DNA of 64,000 nt from Escherichia coli (lineage in GTDB: Bacteria > Pseudomonadota > Gammaproteobacteria > Enterobacterales > Enterobacteriaceae): NCBI RefSeq assembly GCF_965641715.1, contig NZ_OZ282453.1; one strand, written 5' to 3'. The first letter of the stretch is position 1. Each line of letters starts with the position of its first letter. Below the pieces are notes generated by a model. The model saw only the letters and a list, made by a program, of their open reading frames with translations. It was not told where the DNA came from and did not search any database. Below, one piece after another: positions 10,595-19,040 of the stretch. The position numbers and the translations under genes are program-made.

Positions 10595-11051
10595 TTATCC
10601 ACGAGGCGCAAAAGCGGCGGCGGCTTCCTGCGCCCTTTTCAGGCACTCCTTACACACCGATTTTTCTGGCGCTTCCTCACCCTCATCGTTGTTATCATTC
10701 TGATCGGACGATGCATTACTATCATTTTGCTCAGCCGCTAAACTTTTATCATCTGCCAGCGCTTTCAGAACCGCCGGTTGCAGCGTCGGCACCGGCGTTC
10801 CCGGACTACCGCCGCTATTGAGATTGATTTTCGGCCCGACGATGTCCACGCCCCCTGAATGGATGACCACAAACGAACCGCCCACCTTCAGGCTTATCCG
10901 GCTGCTGCTCTCCAGCACCACATCGCCCTCCACCTTTAACCACGCCACCGCAGTCAATGGCATCACCGGTTCTGGCGGTAGGTTTATCGTCGATAAAGGC
11001 GGAAGAGGTGTTTCCGGCTCTTAAGAAATATTTACGCACATGCACCAGCAT
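10595..11051 (-). pseudogene. Remnant fusing the 3' end of a PAAR gene to the 3' tail of a vgrG gene (internal deletion)
   Basis: One frame encodes FIDDKPTARTGDAIDCGGVV (PAAR C-terminus, compare PAAR 15133..15417); the adjacent frame encodes LKVEGDVVLESSSRISLKVGGSFVVIHSGGVDIVGPKINLNSGG (VgrG tail, compare vgrG2) followed by an acidic linker. Confidence 0.6.
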
Positions 11052-11082
11052 TACAGAAAATAAAACCTGCGATACATTTTAA

Positions 11083-11859
11083 TCAATAAGGTTGCTTTAC
11101 CAAGCTTCCATCGATATTGATGGAAAATTCATTAGACCTAATATGAACAGAATGTTGCTCATCATCTTTATCTAATATTTGATTAACAAAAAAAAACGTA
11201 TTTTTATCAAATTCATAATTATCACATCCCTCTCCACTAAATGATATAGCTCTAAAATCATATTCATTACATGAGTATCTTTTCATCAAAATAGAGAGGA
11301 ATGTTTCATTAATTGATTTTAATACAAACCATTTTCTCCTAACAAGTTTGTAGTTTAATGTTTTTATATGATAATTATTTAAACTGGGGAGAAATGAATG
11401 CATATCATTCAATTTTACATCAAAAGATATTTTTTTACCTGCCGTAATTTCCACCCATCGGCTCAAATTCAAATCAAGCTCAAAGGGACAAAAGCCTCCT
11501 AGATAGTCTAAGCTAATATTTCCTGATGTAATCAAGAATTCGTCATCACACAAAGCATCAAATACATCTCCATTTCCTTTTTGGAAGTTCTTTGGATAAT
11601 ATATTCTGGGGAGAAAATACGATTTAGTACTACTGTTATAAAAAGTTATAGTAGCTAAAATATTTTCAGCATGTGGCTTAACCACCAATTTAACAACAAC
11701 ATCATTTGTTAATTCATTACTTATATTTTCCTCTGGCGCTAAATTATGGCTAAGATAAATAATTGGTTTCCCATTGTCACTTCTTCGTTCAAAACCGAAT
11801 CTGTATTTTTTTACAAAAAGATTCTCATTATCTATTGCAATTGCAATAGATAATGGCAA
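11083..11859 (-). CDS. Hypothetical protein, candidate immunity protein for the upstream metallopeptidase-like effector; N-terminal signal peptide is out of frame
   Basis: Body ORF starts at TTG 11859; a 31-codon ORF from ATG 11923 (one nt after the effector stop) encodes MKRLAFYNLNYVVLMVFFSLFFAIIYCNCNR in the other frame; the two frames would join if one base were removed from the homopolymer tract. Confidence 0.45.
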   Translation of the reverse strand: MPLSIAIAIDNENLFVKKYRFGFERRSDNGKPIIYLSHNLAPEENISNELTNDVVVKLVVKPHAENILATITFYNSSTKSYFLPRIYYPKNFQKGNGDVFDALCDDEFLITSGNISLDYLGGFCPFELDLNLSRWVEITAGKKISFDVKLNDMHSFLPSLNNYHIKTLNYKLVRRKWFVLKSINETFLSILMKRYSCNEYDFRAISFSGEGCDNYEFDKNTFFFVNQILDKDDEQHSVHIRSNEFSINIDGSLVKQPY

Positions 11860-11924
11860 AAAACAAAGAAAAAAAAACCATCAGTACAACATAATTTAGA
11901 TTATAGAAAGCCAACCTCTTCATC

Positions 11925-12728
11925 TTATTTCCCCGTCAACTCATCAAAACATTTTTCTATCTCTTTTATTTTATCCTCTACTTTTTTTGCTAACATATTC
12001 TCATCTTGAGCTTCAATATCTTCATCATTTAATTTTATATAAAAATATCTTTCAACATTATATGCATTCTCAAATAACTGATCTTTACGCAATGTAACCA
12101 GATCATTAGCCACTGAAACATGTTTCTCATAGCTAACTTCATCCTTATTACTTGTTGCGAACTTATTAATACCCGTATAATCCTGAGTCCACATACCACC
12201 TTTTTGATTGTCACCCCAATACCAAAATATATGGGACATTTCATGGCAAAGTGTACTTACATGAGAGTCTCTACCTGTAACCGACTGTTTTATACCATGT
12301 CTGTATTCAAAATGCGCTCCGATATTTACAATGTAAGGAGGATCAAGATGTGGACTAATAAAAGCAGCAAATTCATTGCAGTTCGTATAATCTTTATAGC
12401 TTTCGATCGTCAAACCATTTGCAATCGTCATTATTCGTCTGATGCCATCCATTATGAATAGTCTCGCTTGCATTCGTTTCCCAGTATCTTCCCCAACTTT
12501 TCTGATTTTTATAATGTCCTCGCCTTTAAGGCCAAAAACTTTAATAAAATCTCGTTGTTGTTCCCCCTCCCATGACATAATATCATCTGCTCTTTTCAAT
12601 AAAACCATTTTCTGTGCTTTACAAGCCTTACTCATCATTATTTTAAATTTATTTGTAATTTTTTGCGGTACTACACATACTTGCGACTCGGGTTGTGAAG
12701 TCCCACTAGTATTATTATTCCCTGCCAT
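11925..12728 (-). CDS. HExxH zinc-metallopeptidase-like T6SS effector candidate (268 aa)
   Basis: HEMSH motif followed by WTQDYTG (loosely aspzincin-like); start ATG at 12728 (MAGNNNTSG) overlaps the vgrG2 stop; the longer ORF 11925..13103 is not used because it overlaps vgrG2. Confidence 0.55.
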   Translation of the reverse strand: MAGNNNTSGTSQPESQVCVVPQKITNKFKIMMSKACKAQKMVLLKRADDIMSWEGEQQRDFIKVFGLKGEDIIKIRKVGEDTGKRMQARLFIMDGIRRIMTIANGLTIESYKDYTNCNEFAAFISPHLDPPYIVNIGAHFEYRHGIKQSVTGRDSHVSTLCHEMSHIFWYWGDNQKGGMWTQDYTGINKFATSNKDEVSYEKHVSVANDLVTLRKDQLFENAYNVERYFYIKLNDEDIEAQDENMLAKKVEDKIKEIEKCFDELTGK

Positions 12729-15114
12729 AATGCCCCTCCGGCTCAATATAAAAAGCATCCGAAAATAACAATTGGACTTTAATTTCCTGTGCTGTATCTG
12801 TATAAAATATTTCTGTATATCCCTCTCTGTCTGTTTCACCACGCGTCTGTGTGCCATCCTCAAAAAAGGCAATATACTGCGTCTCTGAATACGGTATCCC
12901 GTCATCGTCCGTAAAATGGAACTGGAGGGTATATTTTTCAGGATCATCTTCATCGTCACCGCCATCACCTCCTCCGTCACTCCCTGCGGGATTGCCACTA
13001 TCCTCTCCGGAGTCATCACTGCCATCATCACTGCTCTCATCCTCCGGAGCCTCCAGCACCGCCGGCTGCATCGTCCCCACCGGTGTCCCCGCACTGCCCC
13101 CACCGTTCAGGTTTATCTTCGGCCCGGCAATATCCACTCCGCCCGGCTGAATGACGATAAACGAGCCACCCACCTTCAGGCTTATCCGGCTGCTGCTCTC
13201 CAGCACGATATCCCCGTCCACTTTTATCCCCAGCGCGCCACTCACCTTCTCCGCCAGGTCCCCCTTCACCTCCAGGCTGTGCTTCCCCTCCACCAGGCTG
13301 ATGTGGTTACCCGTCGTCTTATGCTCCTGCTTCCCTTTCACCGTCACCCTACGGTCATTTCTGACGTACAGACCGTCATCGTGACTCACGCTCACCGTCC
13401 GGTCATTTGTCACCTTCAGCGTCTGGTCGTTACGTACCGTTATGCTCCGGTCGTTCGCCACCGTGATACTCTGGTCGTGGCCTCCTTCTTTTCTGGTCCC
13501 GACCTCAACCGTCTGCCCCTTCACCACCGTTATCTTCTGGTCGTTACCAATGGTCTCCGTATGGTCATGTTTCACATCCGTTGTCCGGTCGTTGAGCACC
13601 TCCGTATCCATGTTCTTCTGCGCATGGATATACACCTGCTCATTACTGGTGGCGTCCTCAAAGCGCAACTCGTTAAATCCGCTTCCTTTATAGGTCTTCG
13701 ACCGTATCGTCATCTGCGTCTTCGTCCCCGGCAGGCTCCCCGGCGAACGGTTGTCCTCATGGTACGTCCGGCCCATGACCAGCGGCTGGTCCGGGTCTCC
13801 GTTCAGGAAGTCAACAATCACCTCCTGACCCACCCGCGGTATCGCCAGGTTACCAAACCCCGGCCCCGCCCACGCCTGTGATACCCGCACCCAGCATGAA
13901 CTCGCCTCCGTCATCCCGTGATAACGGTCCCAGTGGAACTTCACCCGTACCCGGCCATGTTCGTCGCAGAATATCTCCTCACCCTTCGGCCCGGTGACAA
14001 TGGCGCTCTGCGGCCCGTCCACCTTCGGTTTGCTTTGCAGCCGTGGACGCCACGTCCGGTCCGCCGGTATCACCTCTAACTGATTTCCCAGCGTGGTTCC
14101 TCTCCCCTGGCTGCCGTGCAGCGCCTGCGGCTGGCTTCCTGACAGTATGCTCTGTACCACCTGCCATTCACGGTTCAGCATCTTCTGCGGATGCCCCGTC
14201 AGCGTAAACCGCGTTCCCGGCCACAGCCTCGGCGAATTACTCTGCCCTGTGGCCTTTTCCGCATCACTGCGCAGGCTCTCCATCTGGTACAGCGTGAAAT
14301 CCTTGCCGTGCTGCTCATCCTTGAACCTTCCCGGATAATCAAATATCTCGTACTGCGCCAGCTGTCCGTTCAGGTTCTCACCCTGCTGCTCATACATCCC
14401 CGGCCAGTCCGGCACCTTAAACGTGTAATCCTGGCTCTGCACCGACGACGGGCGGACATGCGCCTCATAACGGAACATACTGAGACACTCCGTCTCCGCT
14501 CCTGCCGATGTGTCCGGGTTAAACGGAAGCTCTCCCGCCTGTGACAGCCCCGCCACATCGTCGCACAGCGTCAGCTTCTGCTCCGGACTGTCCGCCGCAA
14601 ACCGCTCAAAGAAGAAAATTCCTTCTTCCGCCCACAGCCGAGCCAGAAACGCCAGGTCGCTCTCCCCGTACTGGACACAGAACTCCCGCGCCGGATGGTC
14701 TTCATAAAACAGCGGAGTCCACTCCGTGACGCCGTTCTCGTTCAGTAACGTGGCCGATATCGTCCGGATATCCTGCTGCTGAAAAATACGAAAGTTCTGC
14801 CGCAGCCCGCACCGCCATAACGGCGGCTCAATACGCAGGTGATAACGCATCTGCCAGCCGTTGTTCTCCTGCATGCCAAAGCCCGCCACCACGCCGGTGA
14901 CATAACGCTGCGCCACCGCGCCCTGCCAGATGGCCAGCGTCGCCTTCTTCTCCAGCAGCATCTCCGCCGTCTGCATAAAAGAGTCGCTGGCAACATCCAC
15001 ACTCATCACAAACGGATAAGACTGGTTCTGGATTAACCTGAAATTCACCACTGCAAAGGTGTCCGGCTCCTGGCCGTCAATCTCCAGCGTAAAGCGCAGA
15101 CCGTTTAAGGACAT
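12715..15114 (-). CDS. vgrG: VgrG spike protein with C-terminal extension (799 aa)
   Basis: N-terminal 480 aa identical to the vgrG at 19037..20995; gp27/gp5-like repeats (VKGDLAEKVSG..., ISLKVGGSF...); acidic D/E/G/S linker and an extra ~60 aa C-terminal domain. Confidence 0.9.
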   Translation of the reverse strand: MSLNGLRFTLEIDGQEPDTFAVVNFRLIQNQSYPFVMSVDVASDSFMQTAEMLLEKKATLAIWQGAVAQRYVTGVVAGFGMQENNGWQMRYHLRIEPPLWRCGLRQNFRIFQQQDIRTISATLLNENGVTEWTPLFYEDHPAREFCVQYGESDLAFLARLWAEEGIFFFERFAADSPEQKLTLCDDVAGLSQAGELPFNPDTSAGAETECLSMFRYEAHVRPSSVQSQDYTFKVPDWPGMYEQQGENLNGQLAQYEIFDYPGRFKDEQHGKDFTLYQMESLRSDAEKATGQSNSPRLWPGTRFTLTGHPQKMLNREWQVVQSILSGSQPQALHGSQGRGTTLGNQLEVIPADRTWRPRLQSKPKVDGPQSAIVTGPKGEEIFCDEHGRVRVKFHWDRYHGMTEASSCWVRVSQAWAGPGFGNLAIPRVGQEVIVDFLNGDPDQPLVMGRTYHEDNRSPGSLPGTKTQMTIRSKTYKGSGFNELRFEDATSNEQVYIHAQKNMDTEVLNDRTTDVKHDHTETIGNDQKITVVKGQTVEVGTRKEGGHDQSITVANDRSITVRNDQTLKVTNDRTVSVSHDDGLYVRNDRRVTVKGKQEHKTTGNHISLVEGKHSLEVKGDLAEKVSGALGIKVDGDIVLESSSRISLKVGGSFIVIQPGGVDIAGPKINLNGGGSAGTPVGTMQPAVLEAPEDESSDDGSDDSGEDSGNPAGSDGGGDGGDDEDDPEKYTLQFHFTDDDGIPYSETQYIAFFEDGTQTRGETDREGYTEIFYTDTAQEIKVQLLFSDAFYIEPEGHYGRE

Positions 15115-15132
15115 AAATACCTCTCAGACATA

Positions 15133-15417
15133 TCAGCCTATATTTACCGTACCGCCACCAATGACCACACCACCACAGTCGATGGCATCACCGGTTCTGG
15201 CGGCGGGCAGGCCGTCAATAAAGACGGTTGAAGAACCTCTGGCGATTTTACGGGGATGAGGTGGATGCTTCGGTTTAGCATGCGGCGTCAGCGGATCTCC
15301 CTGGCGAGCAGCAGGTAATCCATCAATAAATACCGTGGATGAAGCCGCAATGATGACTGTCTCACGGTAGCCATCATGCTGAGTACCTTTGTCGTTTAAT
15401 CTGGCAGCTAAAGGCAT
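15133..15417 (-). CDS. PAAR-domain spike tip protein (94 aa)
   Basis: Duplicated SSTVFIDGLPAAR(Q/T)GD motifs and C-terminal AIDCGGVVIGGG; located directly upstream of vgrG2. Confidence 0.8.
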   Translation of the reverse strand: MPLAARLNDKGTQHDGYRETVIIAASSTVFIDGLPAARQGDPLTPHAKPKHPPHPRKIARGSSTVFIDGLPAARTGDAIDCGGVVIGGGTVNIG

Positions 15418-15527
15418 AATTCCTCCTGTTCAGAATATCAGCGACAAAAAATTTAAAAAACGGTAAGGTGCTTAACTCAGCAATAATCACCTTACCGGAC
15501 ATCCTGATTTGTAGCCCAACAGGTTAA

Positions 15528-16538
15528 TCAAGTAACAGGGATAAACTGACCATCAATCAGCGAAAATACCGGAGCGTAATACCCCATACGCTCTTCACCA
15601 CTTTCATCTGTAAAACGGTAAGTCAGTGGGGAATACGTTGGCATTGATTTATTATATAATTGCACCATACGCCCATTATTCATAACCCGGACGGCATAAT
15701 CGTTCCACCTGATAGGCAGTATTTTGGCTTTTCCACCCTCAAGGTTATCTTTCGGAAAGTGGGAGAGTAATATGTCATCCTCAGAGTCACCGGTTGTGGC
15801 TGACCATGCCTTCAGCGCCTCTGTGTTATATAACTTAAGACGTGCTCTGTCCCCGCTGTTAATAATTGTTGCCATTTCGGTATAGGTGGCTTTTAACTTC
15901 CGTAGCTGCTCGTCGCTTCCGGTATAGGGGGTTGCCCGCGTCCAGGCCCATTCAGGAAGCCCCGTCACCGTGACTTTTTGTGTAAACTGATACACCTTCA
16001 TCCCTTTCGGAAAATAGGTTTCATCAAAATAATCTGGATCTATAAATCCTGGCTCCGCCTGCTCTGCCAGGATCTCTTTCCTGATAACGGGATGCACGCT
16101 GTCTGACCGGGCTTCAGGTATGCCCTGCTGGTTGATGGTCACTTTTATCGAAGAAAGCAGGGTTTCTTCCTGTTTAATAAAACGAACCAAATCCAGGCTG
16201 CACCCTGCTTTTTGGAAAAAACGCCCCCGTTCTTCCGTACTGGCAGGCTTGTCAGAAAACCATCCTAACGCCCCGATTTCCAGACTGATTTCATTTTCTC
16301 CATTCGCCATCAGCATCATGGCATTGGTGCTGGATATGGCCCCGGTGGAATCACCATTCTCTCGCCATGCGTTCATTCGGTTACTGAAGCCGAGGACACC
16401 GTTGGTTTTGATGGCACAATATGATTCCTCAATATTAAACTTACTGCGGATTTTTTGTGGATTTTCACCCGAGTACAATCCTGCTCCCATAATACCTCCT
16501 GACAGTAAAATAACCGATATTAAATGTTTTACCTTCAT
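15528..16538 (-). CDS. Secreted hypothetical protein (336 aa), candidate immunity protein for the 523 aa effector
   Basis: N-terminal signal/anchor MKVKHLISVILLSGGIMGAGLYSG; immediately downstream of the effector candidate. Confidence 0.45.
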   Translation of the reverse strand: MKVKHLISVILLSGGIMGAGLYSGENPQKIRSKFNIEESYCAIKTNGVLGFSNRMNAWRENGDSTGAISSTNAMMLMANGENEISLEIGALGWFSDKPASTEERGRFFQKAGCSLDLVRFIKQEETLLSSIKVTINQQGIPEARSDSVHPVIRKEILAEQAEPGFIDPDYFDETYFPKGMKVYQFTQKVTVTGLPEWAWTRATPYTGSDEQLRKLKATYTEMATIINSGDRARLKLYNTEALKAWSATTGDSEDDILLSHFPKDNLEGGKAKILPIRWNDYAVRVMNNGRMVQLYNKSMPTYSPLTYRFTDESGEERMGYYAPVFSLIDGQFIPVT

Positions 16539-16604
16539 AATTATTTTCTCTTAAAAGGAAAAGACTCTCATTATATTGAGTGATTTTAATTGCTGTAATA
16601 TCAC

Positions 16605-18176
16605 TTAATAATCCATGCCTATTGTCCACGTTGTCACTGGCTTCGGCGGTATTACTTTTTTCTCTACCGTGCGTTCTTTACCGTATAAATTAACCCGCAA
16701 TGGTGAATCTTTTATCTCCATAGGATCACATAACTGCCACTCAACGGTATCTTTCTTCTCGGGTTTCTCACTCTTTTCTTTCCCCTTTCCCTTCCCTTTA
16801 CTTTCACCATAAGATACATCCGCCTTAAATTCGAACTTTCCTTTAATGCCGTCATGAAATAATGCCAGGTCCAGTCCGTCATCATGTGAATCGAATCCAA
16901 AGCCAGCTTTCGCCTCTATAGAAGCGGTCGCTTCTGCGGTCAGTTGTACAACAAAAACATTCGCCTCAAACGTCGCACTCACCACACCTTTTAAACCGAG
17001 CTTGATGTTACTTTCCTTTACATTAAACTCCCATTTTTTATCCTTTTCAGCGTATACTGCGCCAAGATCAAGATTAATCTCCGCTGAAATCTCGATATAG
17101 CATTCAACACTGGCTCCGTTTTTACGGAGATATTCACGACATCTGTTGACCAATGACTCGACTTTACAGTATGCACATATAAATGAAATAATATCGAATC
17201 TGAACGACGCTTCAAAAAATGGGGCACCAAACAAACCATAAAAATGACAGGGGCCATCCTGGATATCGGTATATTGATAGGCATACGATATACCCAGTTT
17301 AACGGGTTCTATTTTTGCACTGAACAATGCATATTTGCGCGTACCATTATTATTGTCAGGATCTGGCGCAAAATATTTATTGACATTCTTGACCAGAGAG
17401 TCAATTCTTCCTATCTGTTCCAGTTGCTTTGTTTGTCGAAGTTTTTTTATCTCTTTTTCATATTCACTTGTGTGTTCAACATTAGCTATTTTTACGCCAA
17501 AATCGACAGTCAGGGAAGTCTTGTTTATCCACTCAAACTCAGCAGTGGTATTTGTCCAGCCGCTACGGAGTTTATTTTTATCCCTGGGCTTGGTGTTCTC
17601 CATTGCGTCCCTGGCTTTTATTCTTTCGTCACGCCGCTCTTTTACTGTTCGCGTCTGTTTTGATGACGAAATCTCATAGCTGAACCCTGTAGTAAACCTA
17701 ATTTCCATTGTAGGATAAACATCAATTTCAACATAATTGCCACATTCGTAACAACTGTCAATTCTGACTGAATAATGGGCAGGTTCATAATGATTCTTAA
17801 GTGGAGAGGATATTGCCCCCAAATAATCCCATGGTACGCGAAATGTACCCATAGCAATTATTTCACCTTCAGACAAGTTATCATCCAAAGTGACCTTATT
17901 AGGTATTCCGAAAGGTTGCAGTATCTTATGATTATTTTCTGATTCTTCCTCTAACCATGCCTCATGTGTTCCACTTTTATCGCACTGGTAGGTAATGGTA
18001 ATTATACCATCACATCCGGAACCATCATCCAGTAGCTTAAAACGCGCCACTCCTTCTTTTGACCAGAAATGTTTCTCGCCGGCCTCTGGAAAATCACTAA
18101 TAACATCAAAAATACATGGATCAGGTATGCCGCATTCCACACAGGGCTTTCCGGCTGTCGAAGATGGAGATGTCAT
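16605..18176 (-). CDS. Unassigned T6SS effector candidate (523 aa), DUF4123-adaptor dependent
   Basis: Follows vgrG1 and a DUF4123 adaptor; no catalytic motif recognised; lysine-rich low-complexity stretch (KGKGKGKEKSEKPEKK) near the C-terminus. Confidence 0.5.
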   Translation of the reverse strand: MTSPSSTAGKPCVECGIPDPCIFDVISDFPEAGEKHFWSKEGVARFKLLDDGSGCDGIITITYQCDKSGTHEAWLEEESENNHKILQPFGIPNKVTLDDNLSEGEIIAMGTFRVPWDYLGAISSPLKNHYEPAHYSVRIDSCYECGNYVEIDVYPTMEIRFTTGFSYEISSSKQTRTVKERRDERIKARDAMENTKPRDKNKLRSGWTNTTAEFEWINKTSLTVDFGVKIANVEHTSEYEKEIKKLRQTKQLEQIGRIDSLVKNVNKYFAPDPDNNNGTRKYALFSAKIEPVKLGISYAYQYTDIQDGPCHFYGLFGAPFFEASFRFDIISFICAYCKVESLVNRCREYLRKNGASVECYIEISAEINLDLGAVYAEKDKKWEFNVKESNIKLGLKGVVSATFEANVFVVQLTAEATASIEAKAGFGFDSHDDGLDLALFHDGIKGKFEFKADVSYGESKGKGKGKEKSEKPEKKDTVEWQLCDPMEIKDSPLRVNLYGKERTVEKKVIPPKPVTTWTIGMDY

Positions 18177-18197
18177 ATAATCTATCCGTTTGTCTTT

Positions 18198-19040
18198 TTA
18201 TTGCGGGATAAATCCCAGTTCCTGTTGTGCAAGTTCATGTACCCGAATATGTCCCGGGTATGACTGATTGCTGAGTTGTTCATACCAGTCATCCGGAATA
18301 TATCTGAGATCGATTATATTTTTTTTCAGTAATATAAGCGTCATTGTTCTGACGGAACGATCATCTGCTATATTTAATGACTGGCAAAAAGAGAAATAAT
18401 CTTCTGCCAGAATTCGGGATGATTCAGCTTTTGATAAATCATCCCATCCGTCTTTATCTACATTTTCTTCGATAAATGCAGATAATATATCAAGATAATT
18501 ATCCCGTGCCTTTCGTTCCAGTTGGCTATATTGTCTGTAACTCAGCGTCAGTTGTGATGGCCGTTCTGCCCTTATATTCATAGTTTCTGCGGGACGGACG
18601 GAAGAAAAATTATCCTCACGACATTCTTCACCATAGCGGGTACTTAGCTGTCTGACGGGGCTGATAAAAGAAAGAAGCTGGCGGGGGGTCAGAACTTCCG
18701 CTAATACCCATATATTCCGGGGATCATAAAATCGCATGAGAACAGGTTTCTCCTGTTCGGGGATCATAACCCACAGATAACGTCTGAAGTGTTGCTGTAG
18801 CTCACGTATGGATGACTCAGAAGTAAGATATATTCCCCACGGCGACGCCTTATCACTCAGCCATGCTTCAACTTCCGGAACAACCTCCACGAGATAAGGG
18901 GCCAGCGCGACCAGATCCGGTTGTATGGGTTCTGCATACAGACAACAGTGCGGGGGATTCACCTCGTTCAGAAAATCCAGCAATCCTTCCTCCACAGCGC
19001 CATCCACAATGGCGTACTGCACGGGTGCCGTTTCCATCAC
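18198..19040 (-). CDS. DUF4123-family T6SS effector adaptor/chaperone
   Basis: YAIVDGA near the N-terminus and LMRFYDPRNIWVL in the middle; 4 nt overlap with the vgrG1 stop. Confidence 0.65.
   Translation of the reverse strand: MMETAPVQYAIVDGAVEEGLLDFLNEVNPPHCCLYAEPIQPDLVALAPYLVEVVPEVEAWLSDKASPWGIYLTSESSIRELQQHFRRYLWVMIPEQEKPVLMRFYDPRNIWVLAEVLTPRQLLSFISPVRQLSTRYGEECREDNFSSVRPAETMNIRAERPSQLTLSYRQYSQLERKARDNYLDILSAFIEENVDKDGWDDLSKAESSRILAEDYFSFCQSLNIADDRSVRTMTLILLKKNIIDLRYIPDDWYEQLSNQSYPGHIRVHELAQQELGFIPQ

Noticed and set aside
10550-10821. 63 and 85 aa + strand ORFs
   Set aside because: Antisense to the DUF4123 gene and the vgrG remnant; spurious.
11925-13103. 392 aa form of the metallopeptidase ORF
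   Set aside because: The first 125 codons overlap the vgrG2 coding region in another frame and translate to R/C/W-rich junk; the internal ATG at 12728 with overlap to the vgrG2 stop is the plausible start.
12916-13881. 321 aa + strand ORF
   Set aside because: Lies entirely antisense to vgrG2, which has strong protein-level support; proline/arginine-rich low-complexity translation typical of a spurious frame.
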